Source: Phoronis australis (Eukaryota > Animalia > Phoronida). From it: 64,000 bases of DNA. The position numbers and the translations under genes were made by a program. The stretch spans positions 985,454 to 1,049,453 of the forward strand of contig NMRA01000021.1 of the NCBI GenBank assembly GCA_002633005.1, given 5' to 3'. Positions 1 to 12,217 of the stretch are shown one piece after another. The notes beneath the pieces are model-generated. The model worked only from the letters and a program-made list of their open reading frames with translations, had not been told where the DNA came from and did no database searches. Position 1 is the stretch's first letter, and each line of letters begins with the position of its first letter.

Positions 1-1317
1 GATAGGATTTCACGAGCATGACCTACATGTAGGAAATGGCAAGAACAGGTGTACAGATCTTCATCAGTCAACATGGGCTGAAGTTGGAACAGACACTAAA
101 CATCGATAGCGGCAAGGTTTAAAGCCGCCCGTTTGTATTGCGTGTGCGCTTTTGCGAATTACCCCTGGGGACCTACATGTATGCGCACACTTCCACCAGT
201 CCCGGGACGTTCGTCAAGCATTTACCGCGCCAGCGACACATTGGATTCTCAGCAGTATATGAAAACCAATCTCGACAATAAAACAACCTTACGCTACGAC
301 ATACGGATATTGTTCTGAACAAAACGTAGATGAAAACGCAAGAAAAAAAACATGATAAGGTCTTGTTGAAAAATAGACGCACAGCGTGTCTGAAAATAAG
401 TCTAAGCTGAGACAAGGTACAAAACAGTCTTGTTGGTACAACAACAGGTTTTATTAAGATCATCCAAACCTACAGCGGAATAGATTTCAAGATGGATAAT
501 GGAAATCTCCTCCGGCACACCTCAGTCACGTCCAAATGCTCCCACTACCATTGCGTGTCACACATCTTTGTTTTTCATTTTTTCAGCAGGCGGAAATTCA
601 ATTTTCTACTCAAAATTGTTTTCCTTGAAAATGTTTCTGGAGAGCACATTATGATTTGCTGGCTATAGGCGTAGAAACATAGACTGGCTAGAATTGAATG
701 TATATTAATTGGGAAAATATCTTGCTCGAAAAATGCCGATTTTCAATGTTTTAAATCGTAATTAATTTCAAAGTCAATGAAAAAGTAGCCCTTCACGCTC
801 TATCGTGGAAAACGAATTAAATTGCTCGGTGTCAATTCTATTGGTACCATCAGATTTGCTGTTTTTTCGAAACAGAGTACGCTAAATTAATTTGTTCTTC
901 AAATTCCAGCAATATGTTCATTGATTATTTATAAATTTCTTACCTGACTGAAAAATAAACCTTTCTATAAATCGAAAGGCTTAACCCGCTCCAGTTATTA
1001 ATCCTGTACAGAGAATCAAACCAGATTCCTCTGTTCTGTTGTTTCAGTAACTGTGGTAAACCTCCGCCGAAGATCAGTTGCTCAACTGAGCTGAGAAAGG
1101 GTGAATGATGTGTTCACGGTTTAAAGGCGGAGTAATCCGAGATGAATCTGAGTCATATGCGAGCGATTTATTTTTAGGCTCTGGAAATACTTCTGAGGGT
1201 AGCAGGGCTGTGGCTCGTTCTGAACTATCGTTGGCCGTTGCCACTAAAGTGCCGTTCTTAAATTATTCTCGTAATATACGGGTATTTTCACGCCTGTGAA
1301 TTAATGTACAGTGCACA

Positions 1318-1695
1318 CTAGGATTCGGAATGAAATCTTTTTACTTTTTGAAATCGAACTCGAGATAATTTTTGGCACGTTCTATTCCACTTGTTTATTA
1401 TTTTTCAGGGTTTATGCACGACAGTTTCTAATTCTCATCTGATGACCCAACAGACTCCAGTAAAACTCGAGAATTCGAGTAAAAACTAGAGATTTCGTGT
1501 TCAGAATCGAACTTCCTCACCCCAATGTTGGGGCCATCACGCTCAATTTATTATACAGTTATTCGTGCAAGCCATGATGATACTCGAGCACAGAATATTA
1601 CTAATGTAGTTAGAGTCCGCAAGAAAGTAGAATAGAATTTTCAAAACTGTTCTCAAGTTCGATTTCGAGTTAAAAGCTAAGACCCTGGATTCAGA
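1318..1695. mobile_element. Diverged copy of the 32213-32619 MITE
   Basis: Shares the AATCTTTTTACT..GAAAT.GAACTCGA block and the central CTCGAG/TTCGAG blocks. Confidence 0.55.
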
Positions 1696-1800
1696 TACAT
1701 GTATATCCAATGTGAAACTTGATCATAGGCCACGTGAGCCTTGGACAAGTTTTAAGCTTGTAATTTTAGAGATGCAACGAGAAAGAGCTGTTATTTTTTA

Positions 1801-1910
1801 TTAATTATTATTGCTAATTATCATCAAAAATTTCTATTATCATTATCATTATTAGCATTATTAGTATTACTATTATTATTATTATCATCATTATTTTTAT
1901 TATGATTATT
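1801..1910. repeat. Degenerate (ATT/ATC)n microsatellite
   Basis: Directly visible. A similar tract lies at ~14320-14430. Confidence 0.85.
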
Positions 1911-3656
1911 CCCGTAATACTTAACTTTATTATTTCCTTGGGTAAAACTATTGGTATTAGTAGTATTGTTACTGATTCTAAAAATTATAGTATCATACAA
2001 ATATAGACCAATCTCGTGGGTAATACCTGGTTATATACACGTATGGATCGAGGGGCGAAGGTCCTCATCCTGAAATGTCAGGCGGGTCGGTCTCTACTCG
2101 ATTTATTGCACAACCATTGATACATATTCCCTGTATTTCATTTCCTGTTAGAGTGACACTTCTTATCCGTTTGTTTTTATTTACTACATCGCCTGGCAGC
2201 TTACTTTGTTAACACGATCAGGTCGTTGGTTATGGAATTCCATGATTTCAACGGCGTGTAATAGGTCAGAACACGAATAACTATATCAGTGACGTCTGAG
2301 CGGCTTGAACGCAAAGGTGACTAAATTGCATGGCTCTCTCCGGGCGTAGACGCTAGGACCAACGCTAGGACCTAAGCCGCGTAGAAAAACCTAGTCAAAG
2401 TGACGTGTTCTCATTTAAAATGCACAGCAATATTATACGTAATCTCGCGAAGTCTTGCATTTTAGCGAGGTCCTAGCGTTACTGAAGTCATCGTACATTG
2501 CTTTGTCCTATCAAAGGCCACCTAAGTACTACTGCTACCACTAGCGCTAGTACACGAACAGTTCTGCTGATCTACTACTAGGTTTGCTTCTATTTCTGCC
2601 ATTCAATACAGTAAAATTCCCTATACAAGCCCGTGGGCGCATATTCGAGTGTGCTTTAGCATTCAAATGTACATGTATTTCCAACGCCCATTGCTTCTTT
2701 TACTAAAATCGTCGTTGACATAAGGGCGTCTAATCAGCTACACTGTTTCGAGGAAAATGTATACCTTTTGTTGCCTGAGTCCGGTTATGCTTTAACAACT
2801 AAGAACGAAACAAATTACTAGGTGCCCTTGCACAAGTTAAAACACATGTACCAAGCCAACATGATGTGTTTTGCAGGCGACCCGCCTCGTTTGTTGCTTT
2901 GAAATTAACGAGTCTAAAACAACACATCGTAAGGGGAAGTCAAGAAAGTGACTGCTTTACGACACCGCCTTTCAACACCAAGCGAGTGTGAATTCCTCCG
3001 CGTGACGTGACATTCGATTGTGAAAAAAGAAACTAGTGCAGACCAGTAATGAATCGAGGTAGTGTTGAGAATATATTGACAGTGCATTCATACTGTTCTG
3101 TCTCTCTACCCGAGTGTTAATTAAGATAATTGTCGACTACAGCCACACAGCAGCATGACATTTAAAACTGACAACAGTCCCTTTACTGCAAGAAAGAACT
3201 TATTGTCTGGACGACTCATTGTTGTTAAACTCCTTTCAAGGTGTTCTTTTCATAGATTGGTTTGATTTCTGGACTTGTATAGTGCTTTATAGTGTTCGTT
3301 AGCTCTTTAAGCCCGACACATAAAGTGGCCTGCAAGATAAAGCTAACTTACAGTACTTATCGCGGTCTTGAGCAATTATGAAATATCAGCGCTTCCCAAG
3401 ATCCTTAATCACTTCAAGGAACACTTTAGGGGCCAATTTTATAGCAGTAATTAGTTGTCTTAATCGAACATCAACTTTTACAAAAGGCGAGTTCACAACA
3501 CTGAGTTCATACTAAAGCACTGTCGCACCACGTAGGGACAGTTAGCAAGCAGATGTCTGCACTCACTCCAGGCAAACAATTTCCCGAAAATAGCTAGCTC
3601 GTGTACAAGGTGTTACGTAATCGCAGTGTTTTATTAGAACAACCACGAAGCTTGCT

Positions 3657-3795
3657 CAAGGACTACAGTCGCCAGTGAAAGCATCCTAACTGAAGATGTC
3701 TTGCCACAACACCCATTTGCAAACANCAAGGACTACAGTCGCCAGTGAAAGCATCCTAACTGAAGATGTCTTGCCCCAACACCCATTTGCAAACA
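3657..3795. repeat. 69-bp direct duplication on either side of the N at 3726 (probable assembly overlap)
   Basis: Two copies with one mismatch, separated only by a single N. Confidence 0.85.
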
Positions 3796-3908
3796 GACCT
3801 GGTACGATTTTTCGCGGGAGGACGACATTGATTAATGGAGAGTGACTCGGGATGAGCTCCGTAGTCGACAGTCTCGCGATTACGTTCGATCTCATGCTGT
3901 TTATAATT

Positions 3909-3982
3909 CATGGGCGGCGCACCTTAGCGGCGGGATGGCGGCTATAGCTTCCCCCACTTATTTCAGAGCTGCGCCGCCCATG
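3909..3982. mobile_element. ~75-bp mini-MITE (family B, CATGGGCGGCGC...GCGCCGCCCATG)
   Basis: 12-bp perfect TIR. Further copies at 12070-12138, 12142-12217, 14826-~14886, 17323-17402, 36631-36702, 62315-~62385 and ~62400-62474. Confidence 0.75.
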
Positions 3983-6900
3983 TTTAAATACTATGCATGG
4001 TGATGTCTCCCGAAGGTTTGCATGAGTGCATTTTTACAGGGTTCTCGTGTCTCACGGAACGCATGTTTGGTGTTGACGGGAGGTGTACAATCGGTGTGAG
4101 CCGGTACTGGGTCGGTCAAAAGTCTTGTTTTTGTCTGAATCAGACTGGCTAACGACACGCTGGCCTCTGGCAACTGTTATTTTGGAAACAAGCAAGATTT
4201 CAACGAATTTGAAAGTAACAACAAATGAGATTGTTTCTATCCCAGTGTTTGTGATTTTGTCATAACTGAAGATGGGGGATAAAGGTGTCCTCATACAGCC
4301 GGTGATGAAACCATTCGTTGTGAGACAAGGAAGCGAGAATAAAACGTGCAATCTGGTCAGAATTGCACAAATTTTATCTCAAACAACACTTCATAAAAAC
4401 ATTACGATTTCTTTACTGAAATGTGTTTTTGTTTTGTTTTTGCAAAACTCTGCGAGGCCCATCAGTGGCCGTCGACCTCACTGATGAAACGCGTGACAAC
4501 CAGGTACAGTCTAGCACCAAAAAGGTTACTTTGCCGGGCACGAATGATTGTAAGTTTAAAATGCTAGAATGATATCCAAAAACACAACACCCCTGGTAAT
4601 AATTACCTCCACAAAATTCCAAAAGTTAACAATTAATAGGTTATCGAGCTTTTTAAGCGGATTAGGCTATTGGAAGACTGGTTTTCAATTTGACAATTTG
4701 TTTTATAATTTGATTTCTCGTTTTACTAGTCAAACACTGAAAGTAATACAAGGCTTTCAAAATAGTTGTAAGTTAACTCTAATCAAAAACATGTATGAAA
4801 GTAAAGCTATTAATGCCTTATTATCCGAGTTTTAGTCCAAAAACTATCGCCGTTTTAACTGGTTTCGTTGTATGGCATTAAATTCAAGAAGTTATTAACT
4901 TTGAACACGTGCAAAACATTTGCCAAAGCGCTTTTAATACTATGAACGAATGAAACTTTTAAAACGTTAAGAAAAGATCGACATTAAAATACAGAAGATA
5001 TTACAACAACGCATGCGCAGCCATCCGAAGGTCAACAGAAATATAAATGGCGGAAAATGCAAGTGTGGCGAAACGCGGTCGTCCTGGGAAACACTGAGAT
5101 GAACAAAGGCCTCTTACCCATGTGCATGTGTGTTCGTTGATAAACAGCCTGGCTACAAAGGTGTAAAAACGTAAACACCACCAGTTTTGGGTAATTCAAA
5201 TCTCCAACAAAGTTTCCGTGAATGACACTTGTAACTGGCCACCTTGGCGTTTTTGCTACTAGCTGAAAGTGCTTGCGATAACGCTAGCGATCTCACCCGG
5301 CTCTCTACTAAATCTTTCCGCATACTCTTTGATTAGCCCTATCGCGGGCGTCCTCGGACATTTTACAAGGTAGGAAAAAACAAACAGTTTACAAGGTCAG
5401 CACCTCGATTTGAATTAATTCTACCTCGGGTGCCAGCTACCCGACCAGATGCCAAACTCGGAAATGCCCGATTTCTAATAATTTCCCAACTCATCGTTTT
5501 TATCGATCAGAGGCCTGTTTCATCATAATTAATTTAAGATTTCTGTCAGAAAGTTCTATGCGCAGTTCATCTAGTTTTATTGGTCAGTAGCATTTCCAAG
5601 AATACATTGCAAATCTTAATGAAAGATTGCCACTTTAAGAATTGGACAGCTATGGCGAGCAGTCAACATTTATGTTTATACATGTACGTCTGTGTTGAAG
5701 TCTATCACGCTAGTGAAACTACAACATACATCAATGTAACGATTGGTAATCAAAACACAATACTTGGAGTTTATGTTTCTGCTACCCCAGCCTTATCGGC
5801 AACAGACATAATAGTGGGGTCACGTGAGATGGTGACGGTAGAGACCATGGAGCTCTGCTGAAAACGAAACATCAAACAGTCAATAGTAACACACGCAAAA
5901 GTATTCGCAGGCATTCGTGGAAGGGGCTTACAGCCTAAATCTCGGCTTCCGTTGAAGTCAAATTGAGGATTTTCGAGAACATGTGCTTTTCTGTTTTACG
6001 ATTGGATTAGAGTTCCCGGGGATACTTTCACAGGTGTATGCGGGACGTTCTGTTCAAATGTGTGTTTTTCACCACCATTTCCTCACGAAAGCATGATTGC
6101 CTTTTCTGACCAAACATTTCCTACTAAAATGTACATTTTCAAATTTAAGTCGATTCAACAGGTTCACAATATACGAGAAAGCTATCGAACAATGATGTTC
6201 AATATCATCCTACACTTTCAAAACTATGATTATGAAAGATATATTCATTTTTCAACATGTTTTCTCTTCCTTATAATTTCTTAATGTTAAATAGGAGGAC
6301 AAGCAACTGGGCTAGTGATACCGGAACAAAATTCTAGGAAGCAAACTGCAGATGGGTTCCTATTTTCGAATGCATTCTTTAAATAGGTGGTTTCTCTAAC
6401 ATTCCAGCTGAAGCTCCCCCCGAATACTAGCCGAGTAACCCCTGGACTAGAGTTCTCACGTTCTTTGTAAGGATACTTTGGGCTCTTCTAATGACATACC
6501 TGGCGCCATCTTACGATTGACGCGAAACACTAGGTAATTCTGGACTCGGACTTAAAGCTCAACTACCTCTATGTAGAAGCCCGTAGGAAATGGTCAAAAT
6601 GATTCGGGCGGCAGTCGTTTGTACGAGTACTTTTGAGAAGAGCTTTAACGTATCTTTTTTCGATCATTAGGAATAATGTACAGAGTGTCTCGGCAATCAG
6701 TAGTTCATTTCCTGAATTTGTTTTCATAGCCTTTCGTCGAGAACTCACACAGTCAATATAAAACTCGAAAACCATAAGGTTAGCAGATTTCACTAGTGGT
6801 AGCCCAGCTTCCCGTATCCTCTATGACGTAATCACCAGAAAAGGAGCGATTCCATTATGGGGACGTTACGTAAGGTAATTCTCGACTTACTTCGCACAAA

Positions 6901-7642
6901 AACAATTGTCGAAATTGCCAATTTCCATTTTTCAAAGGCTGATAACATTGTGTCAAATAATGAAAAATTTACCAAAAGGTTTTCAGTTACATCCACACAG
7001 CACCAACCATGGTAGTCATAGACAAAGCTCTTCTTAACCTTTATTTTGCGGAGATATTTGTCAAAATGCAATAATACTTGTCGGCCATACTGTGTGCTAA
7101 ATAAGTGTCCGCTCCATTGATGAAGTCTGCTGTTCTTTTGTGATGAAAGCAATATTCATTTTTTGAAAATATACAGAATTCAGCATAATAAAATGTAAAT
7201 TCATGTTTAGTTTTCGGTAGAGTTCCGCCATAATGGCCATCGAAATAAATGGCACTGTACTTCGCATTTAATAAACTTATGAAACTGAAAGTAAAATACA
7301 TCCGAACACTGTGACAGATGCTGCTTTTAACTGATGCAATGGATGAACTTGTTTTATCAGATGAAGCCGAAGAACTAAGTGCAGTAAATTCTGAGCGGTT
7401 TGTTTGTAAAGTTTATTCTCATTTATCGTGGCAAGACAGACAACGATCTTAAATCAAGTTTGGTTTGCTGGCGACAAGCTTTCAAAACACTTTAAGACGA
7501 CTAGATGTTTTTGAATTGTTTTTAAGTCATGGTTGTTTTTCTTGGAAACAATTTACTCATCGTAGAGTTGCTATGGATCGTATTTTTTGCTGTACATGAA
7601 ACCAAAAGCTTTTTTCACTAACATACTGCTAATCACTGCTGC

Positions 7643-7716
7643 GTATGGACTACTTTCACTAGTATGGACTACTTTCACTAGTATGGACTACTTTCACTAG
7701 TATGGACTACTTTCAC
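7643..7716. repeat. Tandem repeat, 19-bp unit GTATGGACTACTTTCACTA, ~4 copies
   Basis: Directly visible; identical units with no spacers. Confidence 0.95.
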
Positions 7717-10700
7717 GATGGATCATGCATTTCTTACAAAGCTGACACGGACACGCTGAGTTGCTTAAACCTTAAATTCTAATACACATGTAATATTCCT
7801 TGGTAACACTCACACAGAAAGTGGAATGTTGGACATAGGCCTACATGTACATGTAATTCAAGTGGCGAGTTGTTGTTTGTTGAATGGATAACCGCAAGGA
7901 TCTTTTCTGAATATCCCCAATATTTTCAAAGCGACGAAACACCGAGAATGCGTGACATCTTTGTGCGTGATGAGGACTAGCGAATACTTCAGCCCACCTA
8001 GACACGACCAGTGACATTTGGTTTTACCACCTCCCTCGGTTTGTTTTTAAATAACCTAAATAGTCGTCACCGACTGCTGAGGGAAGGCGAATGTTTTTGT
8101 TTTGCAATTTGCCAGTGATGACGCGATGTTTCAACTTTGTGGCAAGAAGAGGGCTATTGAACCAATTAAACCATGAACCGTTAAACCTTGAAATTAATCG
8201 TCTGTAAACGGTATGCAGGAATTCACGTAGATAGTTATATAATGTGTGTCATTGCCAAGGGACGTCTCCAACTTTGTGTCACGGCCCTCACCGTTGTTCA
8301 CTAAAGCAAACATTCACCGAGTGTTATGGAACAATGAATTTTAAACTGCGGGGGTTTCTGCTCACCACTTATGCAGATCATCGCATTTGCATATCGAACG
8401 CTCTGCGATGTTGTGACAAAAGCCTTTGTTTGTCTATGTTTCCCTAAACGATTTTTAACATATTTTCAAACGTCAATCACAGCCCATTATTTAGGTTAAA
8501 GGCAGCTGTCACTGAGCGATGTAATCTAAAAGATCCTGTTTTTCCAAGTTCGTGCTGTGGTTTTGTGGTGGTCATTTTGTGAGGTCTGGGGTTTCCAAAG
8601 GATGCTAAAAGTTCATGACGCAATTTGCTGCACTGAAAACTATCCACATAAATGTCAATTAATGTGAGCTGATGGGCGCGTCTCAAATGTGACGAGACGA
8701 TTCTCTGATAATGAACAAAAAATCCGGTGATCGAGTTTACCTTGAAGTGCACCCAATTACAATGGACGAACTGGCGGGCTTTTTAAATATATGTCCCCAG
8801 AAATGCACGCTTGTTCATTTTAGCTGCTGGTAGGGCCTTTAGGTCAATTGAATCACAAAATTCACAAATTTGTCAATAACCAACATGAGTGACCGGTCTC
8901 AAACTGATGTAGTCAGGGAATCGCATTTCCTAATTGCTGCAAGTTAGCGATATCTAGTCGGACTGACTGGAAAGTAGCTTTCGTAAGTAAATTCTTTCCC
9001 AGAGGGCACTACACAAATGTCATTTGGGGGGTCAGCGTAAAGAACTGTATCAGAGGTACGCTAGGGTGGATCAAATTCGACAATGAAGACAAAAGTTTTC
9101 AAAAGTATACTCTTGCTTCACTTTATCACAATAGAACACAGCATAAGCGTTACGAATCGAACGATTTCCTGACTACTAACTTGGTTATTGCTATGAGATT
9201 TCTAATTTTCTAAATGTTAGGTTAGGGCAGAAGTTCGATATCATTCACAACGGCGGCCATTTTAGAGTGTAGCAATCTAAATTTAAAAATCGGTCAAAAT
9301 TCATATTATTTTCGATGCATGTTTGAAGATAAATTGGTGACACGTTACAAGAGGGACAATTCGGTGGCAAAATTTGACTAAATTGGTATCGTTAAACTTC
9401 GTTGTTTGAGGCTTTAACTAAAGTTAAGCGTCCGGAATATATTTAACACTTGTGCTAGTTACGTATACACGCACTTCTGTTTTAACATTTTGATGATTCA
9501 GCAGAATAATCGTCAAATAAAATTTAAGCCAATAACTTTATTGAGTTTATTTCAAAGGTGTTCGAAATGATTCGATGAATACCATATGACCGTAAGTTAG
9601 TCTGTGATTCCGTGAACTCCTCCCAGCTGCAGGGATAGGGAGAAGGCAGTTTGAACAGACACAGTTTCTGTAATAAACGATCCATTTGAGTCTCGTCTAT
9701 AGACTAAATGTAGACATCAAGGCTGTCTACAGACGCGTTCCGCGAATATTCATCGCCTACATTTTGTTCAAGGTCATAACTAGACCACAGGTGTTCTAAG
9801 GTAACATCAAACAATTCGAAGCGGTTGCGCGTCCGGGGATTGTACAGTGTTCAGACGCTATTAATCAGATGGCTGATCGGACGTCTGATCCGTCGCATGT
9901 AAAAGTTCAAATGTGAATGGTTGTCAGACGTCTGATCTACCTCCTTATCATTCAAAACCAAATCAGGCGGTACCTAGATCTGTTTTCTTACCTTCGGAAG
10001 ACACTTTGCACGTGTACATTCTCATGTTGTGACTCTCGGATAACCCCTTTCCCGACGGTGATCGCACGTGATTGGTCAGAATATAAGCACGTACCTTGCA
10101 CATTTAAATATTGTTTAATTCTTGAAAAACGTCGAATAGGATACATATTTGAACATTTTACGTCGAGCGGCGACCTATCTCCGGATCAGACTTCTCATCT
10201 GCTTGATCACTTCCGGGTTTCTAATCCCGGTACTCGAAACTTGATTGGAAAATTGTATAATTGCATGACCTCCTTGGACTAAATTAGCTGTACTCTAATC
10301 ATGCTTCGACTCCAAACGTGAGTCGAGTCTTAGTGCGGAGGTTAGACCCCGGACCCTGAACGTTAAGGATCAGGCAACTGTAAAATGCACAAAATTTTGC
10401 ACGGAAATTTGTCGATTAAATCAGTTTTTGGCCACAATAAGATTAAAAAGCGGACGATCGCCGCACAAATAAAAAAGATCATGTTCAATTCAACGTTTCG
10501 TCTTTTCATTAGACATCATCAGGATCATATTTACAACAATTTAGGACAACAAGTGCCAACATACAGCTCAGGTAACATCCATAGAGTGAAGTGAGAGACA
10601 CATAGAATATAGTCGAGTCTCGCTCATCCGTCAAAAAGCAAAACTTGATTGGCTTAGACTTCACTGTAATCGAAAACCCCTGAGCAAGATATTCGTGGGG

Positions 10701-11093
10701 GAAGTCTCTTTAGGTGTGTTTCCAATTAAAATCTCGTTAGTGACATGCGGAAACACGTGATAGACGAATACGCGCACTCGTGTAATTCAAAGAACCAACA
10801 ATTTTCGTTTATAATGGCGATAACAGCTTTTGTTCAGATCTGTGTAATGTCGCCAATCCAAAATTGCAATTTACATAACATCTTCTTTGGTTTTTGGAAA
10901 GTCGAGCTCATAATTGTGGCGTGTGTATGGTTCTTAAAATGAAATGACGAAACGGCGTAACTCAGGTGCAAACAATTAAGCGCTGCCTAAAACTTCTGGT
11001 CAACGTGACTATCGGTGACTGTCGTCAAATCAAATTTTTGCATATATTTTGACGACTCGTTTCAATCGTGTTTACACCAGACCAGTTGCAGGG

Positions 11094-11146
11094 AAATATC
11101 CACACAGTAAGTATCCACACAGTAAATATCCACACAGTAAATATCC
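11094..11146. repeat. Tandem repeat, 15-bp unit AAATATCCACACAGT x3.5
   Basis: Directly visible. Confidence 0.9.
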
Positions 11147-12069
11147 CATAGGAAAGCGTATGCACGAAATGGTGTCTCGGAGCATTTACGACAAACAATT
11201 GCGTTGAGTTTGATTTCCATCAGTTGAGTTACAAGGAATAACATAAAAGTATGAACTTTTGTTAACTCGAATGTGTAGTTGTTTGAGATCCATCTTCCGA
11301 AACATTGTTGGAGATCAGAAAGTACGTAAAATTTCGTGAGACAGACTCTAGACTTGTCATGTCCGTACGAATGATGATAATAATAAAGTTTCAAACATCC
11401 CTTTCGTGTACTACATGTACATGTACTTAAAACATTTAATCTCTTGTTTAATCACTATCTTTTTGTTACCACTATCTTACGAGAGAATAAATGTGGGCTT
11501 GAGAACCGGACCGGGGCAAAACAAACGTGAAATATCGTGAAAATCAGTTTTGAGCTATTTGAATGGCACTGAAATACACAAAACAAAGACCAGAAAATAG
11601 ACGGAAGACAGCCGTCCCTATGGGATAAATCACAACCGGTGAATTTTATTAAACAGCAATTAGTTACATAACTGCACGCGTGCATACATTGGATTAGTTA
11701 GCTAAACAAACAAATGCAACTCTAGAATTGCACTTTATTACACCGCGCATGATTTAGACATCAAAATCGTCATCGCCAACGCAGCCTCAAGTTTTGATTA
11801 CTTCCCATGATGCCAAAGACAAGTGAACCGCTCAGGCAGTCTCTGATTCATTCTGAAACCTTGAGAATGCAACTCGAGAATCGAACAGGGGTCAAGGCAA
11901 TCATTGACCTTCTACTAACATCAGAGTAAGTGTATATACAGAATTGCAATGCAGGGTTTAAAGGGGGTGTTTATTTTAAACTCGTTTTACGAGGGATTTG
12001 GATAATGCAAGTCGTCAAAGAACTGGGAATTTTATTCCTAGCGTTCAATTTTTGGTAAAGACTGTCTGT

Positions 12070-12217
12070 CATAGGCGGCGCACCATAGGGGCTGTGGGGA
12101 GGCTATAGCCCCACTTTTTCAGTGCTCCTGCGCTCATGGTCCATGGGCGGTGTACCACGGGGAGGGGGAGGGTTGGGGGCTACAGCCCCCACTTTTTTCA
12201 GGGCTGCGCCGCCCATG
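12070..12217. mobile_element. Two adjacent family B mini-MITEs
   Basis: Two units with CATRGGCGG...CGCYCATG ends and the internal GGCTAYAGCCCC..ACTTTTTCAG motif, separated by 3 bp. Confidence 0.7.

Noticed and set aside
3657-3795. 69-bp direct repeat as an LTR or functional repeat
   Set aside because: The copies abut a single N, which is typical of a contig-overlap artefact.
6550-7500. Stretch with coding-like fragments (IMGD-like and ERFVCKVY words)
   Set aside because: The motifs are isolated and inconsistent with each other, so no TE or gene family can be assigned without a search.
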